Source: Histomonas meleagridis 2922-C6/04-290x
Taxonomy: Eukaryota; Protista; Parabasalia
DNA: 64,000 bases
Direction of reading: 5' to 3'
Assembly (NCBI GenBank): GCA_020184695.1
Contig: JAANOX010000022.1
Location: forward strand, 62,001-126,000
Under the pieces are notes generated by a model that saw only the letters and a list, made by a program, of their open reading frames with translations, was not told the origin of the DNA and made no database searches. Below are positions 1-10,047 of the stretch, one piece after another (position 1 is the stretch's first letter; every line of letters begins with the position of its first letter). Made by a program: the position numbers and the translations under genes.

Positions 1-2
1 TA

Positions 3-1067
3 TTCCAAGCATGCACAGCTCTCTTCACAGGCCAATACGGAGTTCTTAAAGACATTGGAGTTTTCGGTTCAGTTGCAATCATCGCTCAATTACTTGTTGC
101 TGCCGTCGTTGTTATCCTTCTTGATGAAATGCTTCAAAATGGCTATGGCATTGGCTCCGGTATTTCATTATTCATTGCTACAAACATTTGCGAACAAATT
201 GTTTGGCGTCTTTTCTCATTCCAATCCTTCACTTATGGACGTGGTAAAGAATATGAAGGTGCAATTGTTGCATTCTTCCATCTTCTTATCACACGTAAAG
301 ATAAACTCAGAGCTATTCGCGAAGCTATGTTCCGCTCACACCTTCCAAACCTTTCCAACGTCTTCTCGACGCTTCTTGTCTTCATCGCAGTCATTTTCTT
401 TGAGCACATCAAAATTGACGTCCGTTTAATGACGACCGTTAACCGTGCCGATCCAAAACCGTTCGAGATTAAGCTTTTCTATGCATCCACTACGCCAATC
501 ATTGTTCAATCCACAGTTATTTCACAAATCTGCTCATTCTCAAGAATCATTTGTTCACGTTGGCCAGAATCAATTGTTACACGTATTCTTGGTGTCTGGA
601 GATCACCAGAACAAGGCTTAGGTGACGAATATGCAGTTCCAATCAGTGGTTTAGCATATTATCTTCAAGCCCCAACATCAATCAAACATACACTTAATGA
701 TCCATTACATACACTCATTTATTTGATCATCATTTTGAGCTCTGCTGGTATCATTGCTTATTACTACATTAACATTAGTGGCCAATCTGCTAAGGATGTC
801 GCTAATAGTCTTAAGGCACAACACCTTACAATCCAAGGACATCGTGAAGACAAGAACGCCATTGCGAAGAAACTTAACTACTACATCCCAACAGCGGCGG
901 CACTCGGAGGTATCCTCACTGGACTTCTCTCATTCGTCGCCGACTTCCTTGGCGCATTCGGATCTGGAACGGGTATCATTTTGGCAGTCTCAATCCTTTA
1001 CCAGTTCGCTGAAGAGGTCAGCAAAGAGGCCGCCAAATCAGGAGGAGCGCTCTCATTCCTTTTCTAA
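3..1067 (+). CDS. SEC61A: Protein translocon subunit Sec61 alpha (5'-truncated by window edge)
   Basis: The frame is open from nt 3. It contains LLDEMLQNGYGIGSGISLFIATNICE, FRSHLPNL, IKLFYASTTPII and GSGTGIILAV, all hallmark Sec61a/SecY motifs, plus multiple TM segments. Confidence 0.96.
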   Translation, partial: FQACTALFTGQYGVLKDIGVFGSVAIIAQLLVAAVVVILLDEMLQNGYGIGSGISLFIATNICEQIVWRLFSFQSFTYGRGKEYEGAIVAFFHLLITRKDKLRAIREAMFRSHLPNLSNVFSTLLVFIAVIFFEHIKIDVRLMTTVNRADPKPFEIKLFYASTTPIIVQSTVISQICSFSRIICSRWPESIVTRILGVWRSPEQGLGDEYAVPISGLAYYLQAPTSIKHTLNDPLHTLIYLIIILSSAGIIAYYYINISGQSAKDVANSLKAQHLTIQGHREDKNAIAKKLNYYIPTAAALGGILTGLLSFVADFLGAFGSGTGIILAVSILYQFAEEVSKEAAKSGGALSFLF

Positions 1068-1894
1068 TTTGATTCAAGTAAATTCTAACAGATTTATTTT
1101 GTGTTCATATAAAAGCAATATGTGTGGACTTGAAGTTATGAAACATTCGCAATAAATTAAATTTGAAAATAAATTGCAAATATACAAAAAGGGATGAGAG
1201 ACATCAGCCAAACAGTTGTGTTATTTGGCAATACTCATAAGAATGTCAGACATGTTTTCAAAAACTACTGCTTAACAATATTTATATGGATGCACATAAT
1301 ATTAGAGGAAACATTTGCTTATACAACGCACAAAATTAGGTAGTGAATTGGCCACTCTGTTGTATGCTAAGCTGTGTGGTTGCCTACAAAAGGTTTTATT
1401 TTATTAGAATGAATAAAACATATCTTTTTGAAGTTATTGATTTTTTTTTTTTTTTTTATAATAGAATGTACAGAGCAACTTTATAATAAGTCAGTTATGT
1501 CTAAATGTACAATAAAAAGGAGATCATAAATATTGGTGAATAAAAACCATTTGATGAAAAACAATAATAGCAGAAAATTAGAAGTTATATCTTATGTAAT
1601 TTAGTGGGTGCATTCTCTAAATGTAGGACTTCGAGATGCTATTCATTAAAAAGATGACTTCAATTTTTATCCGTAAAAACATCTTTGCAGTAAGGAAAAC
1701 CAGGCCACGGTTTTTGTTGAAAAACCGATGATTTATTTATTGAATTTAGTATCGGTATTGTTCGATTTTCGTTAAATTTGAATAGTTTATAACAGTATTG
1801 TGTTGTTTATTCATTTCCACTGAATTAATTCAGAGAAATTTAAAACGATAAATTTGCCGCAAAAAAATGACTTCATATTTGGGTTATTTCATTT

Positions 1895-2389
1895 ATGGCT
1901 TATCCTCCCATAATAAGTACAACCAATATACCACATTGGATCCAAGGGAGTAATATGACAATACGAAGAAATGACCAAATTCAAAGAACAATAAGAAGAA
2001 AGTTCTCACATGAAGAAGATGAAAAGTTAAAAACTCTTGTTCTTATGTATGGTGAAAACTGGCAACATGTTGCTACTCAAATGGAAACCCGAAATGCACG
2101 TCAATGCAGAGATAGATGGAAACATTATTTGTCGCCAAATATCTCAACAGCTCCTTGGACCCAAGCTGAAGACAAGTTGCTTGAAGAAAAGTATCAAGAG
2201 CTTGGCCCCAGGTGGGCAAGAATTTCCAAATTCTTCACAAACAGAACTGATGTTAATATTAAAAATCATTGGGTTACCAAACATGGAAAAGTACAAAGAA
2301 TGTATACAAATTATGAGTTACGTCCTACAAATGAAGAAATTACATCAATTTATTCGAATACAAAAATTCTCCAACCAAAAATAGATTAA
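1895..2389 (+). CDS. R2R3 Myb-like DNA-binding protein (trichomonad expanded family)
   Basis: Two Myb repeats: KFSHEEDEKL..V..YG.NW..VA..M..RNARQCRDRW..YL and PWTQAEDKLL...Y...GPRW..I..FF..RTDVNIKNHW. Confidence 0.92.
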   Translation: MAYPPIISTTNIPHWIQGSNMTIRRNDQIQRTIRRKFSHEEDEKLKTLVLMYGENWQHVATQMETRNARQCRDRWKHYLSPNISTAPWTQAEDKLLEEKYQELGPRWARISKFFTNRTDVNIKNHWVTKHGKVQRMYTNYELRPTNEEITSIYSNTKILQPKID

Positions 2390-3149
2390 CATGCAGATAT
2401 AAAACTTTATTTATGAATTGTGCTTTTGAAGAACTATCAGTAAACAGGATTCTTTTTTTGTTGTTTATTACAAAAAAATTTTATTTATTGTTTAAAATAA
2501 ACTTGAAATATTATTAAATTTTTTATCAGCTTCTTCTATTTGTTGGTTATTTTCTGATGATGAAAAATTTGAATCTGTTTTAGTTTTTGCAGTTAATTTT
2601 TGGTTTTTAGTTTTTTTAATGTAAAAATAATAAAATCAACCATAAGAATTTTAAAAACTGAACCACAAAATTACGAATCAAAAATCGCTTCGATTTGGAA
2701 TTTTGTTCTGATTTTGTTTGTATTAATGTAAATAAATTCGAATAATAAATATAATACTTGGAATATTCTTCATAGGATATGTAATCATAAAAAATAATTA
2801 ATGAATTATAAAAGCGTTTTAGTAATTATTGTTTGTGTAAATGAATTTGAATTAGAAAATGATTTTGACTCTGTGAACATGTGTTATTTCATTTGAACGA
2901 ATTGGTGAATGTGTGTGTTAGCCAAGTGTATTGATTACGTTCAAGTGATATCACCTAGTGGCCCAAATGTTATTTCTTGATATAAATGTGTTATATATTT
3001 TGAAATTTTTTTCTAACTTCAATTAATAACATTCAATAATGAAAATGATATCAAATTTGACGATTCATTTAAATATTAAATTTTTCTTTATTTATAAATG
3101 AGTTCTAATACAAAAATATGAAATAAATTATTTAATTACATTCACACAA

Positions 3150-5021
3150 CTAAATATTAAATTCGTCACTTTGGTTTCTAAAATCGATAATTTCTCCCTT
3201 AATATTTCTTTCGAAGTCGTCCAACTTCAGTTGTTCTTCTTTTTTGATCGCGTCTGCCTTTTGGCATTGCTGTATCACCGTCAACAATTGTCTCAATGAT
3301 TGGAACGCCTCCAATTGTTTTTGGTTTTCTTCGCTTGCGATACCGATGACTTTCTTTTGTTCATTTAAAGACTTTGTTTCCTTTGCCATATTTCGTAATG
3401 ACTTTTGGAAGAAGTCCGAATACGTTTTAATATCATTCGAAATTGGTTTACCAGTTTCCAATGCGTTTTTCTCTTCTTCGATTCTTTTGTTTTCTCGTTC
3501 GATATTATTAAACAAATTCATTAATGTATGATACTTCGTTTGATAATTAGAAATATCGTTTCGAAGTTTTTTAATTTCTTCTTCGAGTTCTAAACTGATT
3601 GTTTCATATTCATTAATTGCGTTTTGATGCTTTTGTTTCGCATATAAATATTTGCTCTCTAAATCGGCTTTCAATTTACGTTGTTTTTGCAATGACACAA
3701 CAAATGGTTTAAGTTCAACTTGTCGAGCTTGAATACTTCGTTGGATCTCTTGTACAATTTGACTCATCTCTTCAAGCGATTTACCTTTTATGTCATCTAA
3801 ATCTGCTTTCGCTGCTGAATATTGTTCAAGTTGTTGTCGCGCTTGACGAAATCCTGTTACTCCTTTTTGGCGTTCGATTTTTGCAACTTCGTTTGAGATC
3901 TTTTCTGATTGACGTCGAACTATTTCTTCTGTTCGCATCATAATCGCTAGTTCTCTTCGGACTGTGACAAGTTCAGTGTGTAATACTTTATAATTCTCGT
4001 TTTTGTTCTTAAGCATTCGAATGTATTGTGAATATTGTTCGCCTATTGGGATTTCAACGGTAACTTCTTGTTGAAGTTGCTGCAATTGTTTCGTCAAATC
4101 TGCATTCGTTTGTTTGAGTTCGTTAAGTTGTTTTTGTTTGGTGTCAAAGCGCTTTTTAGCAGCTAAAACTTGGTTTTGACAAAAGATTAATGACTTCTCA
4201 TCAGTGCTTTTGCCATTGCTCTTAAGCGTTTCGAGTTCTTGTTGAAGTGACTGAAGTCGTTTTTCCATATTTGTATGCATGTTTTTGATTCGATCAGACG
4301 CAACTTTTTGGCGATGTAATAATAACTTCTTCTCATCACTGAGACGCTGAAGTTGTTCTTGAAGTTTCATCTCGCGTTCGTTCTCTTGACGAATTTGAGC
4401 TGTAATCTTAAGAAGTCCTTCTAAATTTTGGACATTGGTCATCTTACGCTTAAAGGTGGAAATTTTGGTGGCCAAACGAGCTTTATTTGATTCGAGATCT
4501 TTAATTGTCGATTTGAGTTCATCGACATTATTGCTTCCAAGTTCTTCATATTCTTGATTACGTTGCTCAAAGAGATCTCGTAACTCTCGCTGTTGCGTAA
4601 GAAGTTCAGAAACAGTTGGTTCAACTTTGATTTCGTCTGGAATTGGAACATCTTCAAGATATTTGGCAAGATAAGCACGATGTTTCAACTCTTCAAAATT
4701 ACTAAGAAGAAATAGAAGTGCTGAATGAATTAATGTACTATCTGCATTTGCTAAACGTACATCCCATTCTTCTGCTTCACAAGGAAATTCGTACTTTAAA
4801 ACTCGTAGAAATTCGGATATGCGCATAACTACTGATTCCATTTTTTCTGTTCCAATTTTTTCAGGCATTGAGTTATCAATATTATAAACAACAGTATTTA
4901 GTAATTCGAGAAGTTCTTTGCCTTTAACTTCCGAAAATGAAAATAATGTAAAGCTGATACCTATTTTTTCTTTAAGAAGATGTACTATTTGCTCTTCGGA
5001 GACTTGTCCGAAAAAAGTCAT
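3150..5021 (-). CDS. IFT81: Intraflagellar transport protein 81
   Basis: N-terminal CH-like domain (ELLELLNTV..., EFLRVLKY, LKHRAYLAKYL) followed by long coiled coils; 623 aa fits IFT81. Confidence 0.88.
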   Translation of the reverse strand: MTFFGQVSEEQIVHLLKEKIGISFTLFSFSEVKGKELLELLNTVVYNIDNSMPEKIGTEKMESVVMRISEFLRVLKYEFPCEAEEWDVRLANADSTLIHSALLFLLSNFEELKHRAYLAKYLEDVPIPDEIKVEPTVSELLTQQRELRDLFEQRNQEYEELGSNNVDELKSTIKDLESNKARLATKISTFKRKMTNVQNLEGLLKITAQIRQENEREMKLQEQLQRLSDEKKLLLHRQKVASDRIKNMHTNMEKRLQSLQQELETLKSNGKSTDEKSLIFCQNQVLAAKKRFDTKQKQLNELKQTNADLTKQLQQLQQEVTVEIPIGEQYSQYIRMLKNKNENYKVLHTELVTVRRELAIMMRTEEIVRRQSEKISNEVAKIERQKGVTGFRQARQQLEQYSAAKADLDDIKGKSLEEMSQIVQEIQRSIQARQVELKPFVVSLQKQRKLKADLESKYLYAKQKHQNAINEYETISLELEEEIKKLRNDISNYQTKYHTLMNLFNNIERENKRIEEEKNALETGKPISNDIKTYSDFFQKSLRNMAKETKSLNEQKKVIGIASEENQKQLEAFQSLRQLLTVIQQCQKADAIKKEEQLKLDDFERNIKGEIIDFRNQSDEFNI

Positions 5022-5038
5022 TTTGGAAATAACGTTTT

Positions 5039-5047
5039 TAACCGTTT
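5039..5047. promoter_or_regulatory. M3-like core promoter element readable on both strands in a 46-bp divergent promoter
   Basis: AACCGTTT (+) and AACGGTTA (-) both match the T. vaginalis M3 consensus DRCSGYTD and lie about 20 nt from each of two divergent ATGs. Confidence 0.5.
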
Positions 5048-5067
5048 ATACAGTTTTCAAACTTAAA

Positions 5068-5271
5068 ATGTCAAACCCGTATGCATCCACTGCATCAAAA
5101 TTCGTCCTTGAAGATGAAGGTACTGAACAAGCACACGATGATGGTGACCAGAACTGGAAGACGTTTTCCATTCCAGATATACCAGATTTAGATAATACTG
5201 CAATCGAAACAGAGCTTGCAGCAAGGTATGACTTCAATAACTTACTCCAAAAGATGCGTTCTTCTTCCTAA
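5068..5271 (+). CDS. Small acidic hypothetical protein (67 aa)
   Basis: ATG at 5068 follows an A-run; composition is coding-like; it fills the gap between IFT81 and PRP40. Sequence MSNPYASTASKF...QKMRSSS. Confidence 0.55.
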   Translation: MSNPYASTASKFVLEDEGTEQAHDDGDQNWKTFSIPDIPDLDNTAIETELAARYDFNNLLQKMRSSS

Positions 5272-5388
5272 AATCATTTTTTTTGTTTTATTTACTTTTT
5301 AAAGTATATATCAAAAAAAACTTGAGCTTTTTTTTTTTTGGAAAACTCATTTTAATATTAACAAAATCTTTCAATAAAATCATTTATT

Positions 5389-6753
5389 TCATTTTTGTTG
5401 AACCGCAAATTGCTTTTTTCGAATCTCATTTTCTATCATTGGTCCGATATCTTCCCAATCGTCATCACCTTCGATGATTTCTCCTGGTTCACAATTCCTT
5501 CCTTTTCCCCATTCAACGAATTCCGCAAATATCTGTCTTTGAGTTTCCTCATCTCCTGCTTCTTTAAAGTCATGATACTTTCCTACGATATCTCTTGCGG
5601 CTTCGAACGAAGTACACTTTACTAAAGCAGGTGTTAGCTTTAATAACTTCATCATTAAGTCATGTTTAGTTTTAGCTTCTTTATTATGAAGTTCTTTTTC
5701 TATCAAATAATTTTTTTTAGCTATCTCATATATATATTGGATGGAATCTTCATTAATTCCATTTAACTCATTTTTAAAATGCTTAATAAAATATTCAAAA
5801 TCACAATCTTCATCACTAAATGAAAGTGATGATGCTTTCTCATCAAGTTCTTTATGCCTTTCCTCAACCATATCATATATAAGATCAATTGCAGTACTAC
5901 CAGTAATATTAAGTTGCATCTCACGATATTCTGGGAGTTGTGAGATTTGATCGATGACGGTTTTGTACGTTAGTGAAGTGAACGGAATTTGATAACTTGA
6001 AACGATAGGAAATGCTGCACGTTGAAATTTGATGCGGCGAACAGCTTCAACTTTAAGACGTTGCTCTCGATCTTCGTTGAATGTAAGAACATACTCGTCA
6101 TGAACAGCTTTTTTGACTTCTGTGAAAACTTGGAATCGATCATAATTGAGAAGAATTCTCCAATCTGTGTTGTGCTTAAAATATGTAATAATGTCATCCC
6201 AGGTGGTTTCAGTTGTGAACTTCCCTGATTGAACAAGATCATACATCTTTTCTTTAAGACGTTCTTTGGCATTTTCAACTAATTTCTTTTCAAGATCAAC
6301 ACGCCGCTTGCGCTCAAGAACAAGCCATTCATCAATAAAACGTTCGCGTTGGTTGGGTGTTGTGTCAATTAAGCGTGGATCTGTGTCAAATCGAACGGAT
6401 GTTTCTTTGAGTGTATGAAGAGCTGGTGTAGGATGGCTTATTGGATTTAGGGATTTTGGGACAGATGAGCTCATCATTTTGAAAAAATTTTGCCTTTTAT
6501 ATTGGATTTCTTGATGTTTTTCTATTTCGGAAGTATAATCAGAAGGGCGCTTCCATGTTGATTCTTTTGTTCTAGCATTATAGTAAAATGGATTTCCTTC
6601 GGAATCTTTGCATTTTCTCCAAAAGTAAGAAGAAGGTAATTTTTTATCTTCAGGATTTTCCCATTGTGATACTCCAGTTTTTGGATTATAATAGTAAATG
6701 CGCCCGTCACTTGAAAGAACTTCTTCCCATTTTTCCTTTCTACGACTCGACAT
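5389..6753 (-). CDS. PRP40: Pre-mRNA processing factor 40-like (WW-WW-FF)
   Basis: Two WW domains (WEEVLSSDGRIYYYNPKTGVSQWENP; WRKCKDSEGNPFYYNARTKESTWKRP) followed by FF-like helical repeats. Confidence 0.85.
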   Translation of the reverse strand: MSSRRKEKWEEVLSSDGRIYYYNPKTGVSQWENPEDKKLPSSYFWRKCKDSEGNPFYYNARTKESTWKRPSDYTSEIEKHQEIQYKRQNFFKMMSSSVPKSLNPISHPTPALHTLKETSVRFDTDPRLIDTTPNQRERFIDEWLVLERKRRVDLEKKLVENAKERLKEKMYDLVQSGKFTTETTWDDIITYFKHNTDWRILLNYDRFQVFTEVKKAVHDEYVLTFNEDREQRLKVEAVRRIKFQRAAFPIVSSYQIPFTSLTYKTVIDQISQLPEYREMQLNITGSTAIDLIYDMVEERHKELDEKASSLSFSDEDCDFEYFIKHFKNELNGINEDSIQYIYEIAKKNYLIEKELHNKEAKTKHDLMMKLLKLTPALVKCTSFEAARDIVGKYHDFKEAGDEETQRQIFAEFVEWGKGRNCEPGEIIEGDDDWEDIGPMIENEIRKKQFAVQQK

Positions 6754-6793
6754 TAAAAAAAATGGTGTGTAGAGGTGTTATAGATAAAAAATC

Positions 6794-6799
6794 AAAAAA
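6794..6799 (-). terminator. RNA polymerase III terminator (T6) of tRNA-His
   Basis: Six T on the minus strand, a few nt after the tRNA 3' end. Confidence 0.7.
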
Positions 6800-6802
6800 T
6801 TT

Positions 6803-6874
6803 TGGGTGAACCGTGAATCGAACACGGGTCTATTGAGCCACAATCAACAATACTAACCATTATACCATTCACCC
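6803..6874 (-). tRNA. trnH: tRNA-His(GUG)
   Basis: Cloverleaf: acceptor GGGTGAA/TTCACCC, anticodon arm GTTGA-TTGTGGC-TCAAT, T-arm CCGTG-TTCGATT-CACGG, discriminator A, no intron. Confidence 0.96.
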
Positions 6875-6966
6875 CTTCATTTTTTAAAATGAAAAATTAC
6901 TAATGTATTGTGCATGAATAATAGTGAGTTCACAACTGAAAATCTGATCAAAATTTGCTGGTTACA

Positions 6967-8538
6967 ATGGAAGAAGGACTGATAAAATTTCCATTATACA
7001 TTCGAAAATTAACTCAAGGATCATTTCAAATGTTTGCATCACTATCAGCAACTGTACAAAGATTAAAAGAAATGATCAACCAAGAAATAGAGATTCCTAT
7101 TTCTGATCAAATACTATTTTTTGATGGAAGAGAAATGGAAGACACACAACGTTTAAGCCATTATAGTATTCAAGCTGGGTCCAATATTTATTTACATATT
7201 AAAAAGAATCCTGAAAATGTTGATTCGAGGCCAAATAGTATTCATGCAGACATCAACACTCTTGGTAAAGAACATTTTTATATTAATGTTCAAACAACTG
7301 ATCCAATAAAGATTTTAAAACAAAAAATTTTTCATGTAACTCGCATCCCAGTTGACAAGCAAATTATCATATGCAGGGGGCGGATTATGTATGATACTTT
7401 AACTTTAGATGATTATGATTACTACGGTCAATGTCATACAATATATTTAATCACAAATCTACAACAACAATTTCCGATTACTATTGTCAGAATCCTAAAT
7501 CAAAGGATTAACGTTAATATATCATTTTTCGACACGATCTATGACATAAAAGAGAAGCTTTTCCAGCAAAGACTATATCCTATTGAAGATCAACGAATAT
7601 TAATACCATCAGCACAATGTGATAACTTATCATTAGCATGTGAATTTATATATCCATTCAAAGAAGTCTATTTTCTCTTACGAAATGATCCGATACCATT
7701 TTTTACTGATAAACCTAATTCATTTCCAATTATCGTCAAAACTTTAGATGGAAAATGTTATACATTTTATGTAACATCAGATGAAAAAGTCATAGAATTA
7801 AAAGGACGAACAGCTTTCATACAAGGGTATCCACCACAAGATCACCGCCTTGCACATTTTGGACGACAATTAGAAAATGAACAAACACTTGGCGAATGTA
7901 ATGTTGTATCTGGTTCCATTATATATGTATTCCAACGACTTAGAGGCGGTAAGCCAGTGATTTATATATATCCGAAAGAGAGAATTGACGTAAATGTTAA
8001 AGTTAATATCAAAGGCAAATTCACTTGTACATATCCAAAGTATAATACCGAAACAGGTTGGAACGTGTCAGTGAATGAAAACGGAACGATGACTAACAAA
8101 GATAACCCGAACTCGATACAATACGATAGTTTGTTCTGGGAATGTTTGTTCGATGACGAAGTCCAATTTATGTTCGACGAAGGTTTCATAGTGACAAAAG
8201 AAAGCGCAGCGACGTTTTTGGAAGAGAAGTTGCTCTACTTGGGGCTGAGGGGGAAGGAGTTGACGGGCTTCATACAGTTTTGGCTACCGAAGATACAGAG
8301 AAGCAACCGAACAATGGTTAAGTTCTTGAGCAAAGAGTACGAAGAAGTGGCGAAGCTCGACGTGACGCCGAGGCCGGACTGCGTGATCAGAGTGTTCATG
8401 ATAATGATGAACTTGTGCGATGGATGCAACGCGGTGGAACTGAAGGAGCAGAACTTGGAGACGCTGCATAAGGAAAGAAGCGGATACACAGTGGTGGAAT
8501 GGGGCGGCACAATCATATGCGAGGGCAGCGATAAGTAA
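6967..8538 (+). CDS. Four tandem ubiquitin-like domains fused via RLRGG to a bacterial-type KPVIYxYP domain of unknown function
   Basis: Four ~72-aa beta-grasp-like units, the last ending RLRGG at 7936-7950, then KPVIYIYP...YDSLFWE...FLEEKL..LGL...FIQFWLP...PRPDCVIRVFM...YTVVEWGG. First in-frame ATG is at 6967. Confidence 0.8.
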   Translation: MEEGLIKFPLYIRKLTQGSFQMFASLSATVQRLKEMINQEIEIPISDQILFFDGREMEDTQRLSHYSIQAGSNIYLHIKKNPENVDSRPNSIHADINTLGKEHFYINVQTTDPIKILKQKIFHVTRIPVDKQIIICRGRIMYDTLTLDDYDYYGQCHTIYLITNLQQQFPITIVRILNQRINVNISFFDTIYDIKEKLFQQRLYPIEDQRILIPSAQCDNLSLACEFIYPFKEVYFLLRNDPIPFFTDKPNSFPIIVKTLDGKCYTFYVTSDEKVIELKGRTAFIQGYPPQDHRLAHFGRQLENEQTLGECNVVSGSIIYVFQRLRGGKPVIYIYPKERIDVNVKVNIKGKFTCTYPKYNTETGWNVSVNENGTMTNKDNPNSIQYDSLFWECLFDDEVQFMFDEGFIVTKESAATFLEEKLLYLGLRGKELTGFIQFWLPKIQRSNRTMVKFLSKEYEEVAKLDVTPRPDCVIRVFMIMMNLCDGCNAVELKEQNLETLHKERSGYTVVEWGGTIICEGSDK

Positions 8539-8565
8539 CAAGTAAACGTTATAGTACGAAGAAAA

Positions 8566-9739
8566 CATTAAAACATTGTATGGAATGAGTAATGAATTCA
8601 TATTGGAGTGGGAAATGTCATTAAAACATTGTATGGAATAAGTAATGAATTCATATTGGAGTGAGAAATGTCATTAAAACATTGTATGGAATGAGTAATG
8701 AATTCATATTGGAGTGGGAAATGTCATTAAAACATTGTATGGAATGAGTAATGAATTCATATTGGAGTGAGAAATGTCATTAAAACATTGTATGGAATAA
8801 GTAATGAATTCATATTGGAGTGAGAAATGTCATTAAAACATTGTATGGAATGAGTAATGAATTCATATTGGAGTGAGAAATGTCATTAAAACATTGTATG
8901 GAATGAGTAATGAATTCATATTGGAGTGAGAAATGTCATTAAAACATTGTATGGAATAAGTAATGAATTCATATTGGAGTGAGAAATGTCATTAAAAACA
9001 TTGTATGGAATAAGTAATGAATTCATATTGGAGTGAGAAATGTCATTAAAACATTGTATGGAATGAGTAATGAATTCATATTGGAGTGAGAAATGTCATT
9101 AAAACATTGTATGGAATGAGTAATGAATTCATATTGGAGTGAGAAATGTCATTAAAACATTGTATGGAATGAGTAATGAATTCATATTGGAGTGAGAAAT
9201 GTCATTAAAACATTGTATGGAATAAGTAATGAATTCATATTGGAGTGAGAAATGTCATTAAAACATTGTATGGAATAAGTAATGAATTCATATTGGAGTG
9301 AGAAATGTCATTAAAACATTGTATGGAATAAGTAATGAATTCATATTGGAGTGAGAAATGTCATTAAAACATTGTATGGAATGAGTAATGAATTCATATT
9401 GGAGTGAGAAATGTCATTAAAACATTGTATGGAATAAGTAATGAATTCATATTGGAGTGAGAAATGTCATTAAAACATTGTATGGAATGAGTAATGAATT
9501 CATATTGGAGTGAGAAATGTCATTAAAACATTGTATGGAATGAGTAATGAATTCATATTGGAGTGAGAAATGTCATTAAAACATTGTATGGAATAAGTAA
9601 TGAATTCATATTGGAGTGAGAAATGTCATTAAAACATTGTATGGAATGAGTAATGAATTCATATTGGAGTGAGAAATGTCATTAAAACATTGTATGGAAT
9701 GAGTAATGAATTCATATTGGAGTGAGAAATGTCATTAAA
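8566..9739. repeat. 53-bp minisatellite, 22 near-identical copies plus 7 nt
   Basis: Unit CATTAAAACATTGTATGGAAT(G/A)AGTAATGAATTCATATTGGAGTG(A/G)GAAATGT; one copy has an extra A; no spacers. Confidence 0.97.
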
Positions 9740-10047
9740 TTTTATGATATTTTCCACTATGGTATCTGAATTAATTATTTGTTCAATGAAAAATATGGCA
9801 TGTGTACAAATGAAACAAAACTATCACATTGATGTATGATAATATCAAAATAAGTTTTATTGTTGAAATCACGAATGGAAATTACTTTCAGAAAAAGATG
9901 ACTAAAGTTCTTTAATTGACACATTAAAAATTCGTTCTTCCATTTAAATGAACATTTTTATTTTTCATTTTTATAATTATATTTTCATTTCGCTTCAACA
10001 TTTTTCTTTTTAATTTAGGTCAAAGGATTTCAAACAGTGTTATTTAA

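Noticed and set aside
55-1155. Overlapping ORFs 55-429 and 754-1155, and other shadow or antisense ORFs in the track (for example 3244, 19588, 39798, 41801, 45170)
   Set aside because: They are off-frame or antisense shadows of recognisable genes and contain no motifs.
8566-9739. CRISPR array
   Set aside because: The units are contiguous with no unique spacers, there are no cas genes, and the context is eukaryotic.
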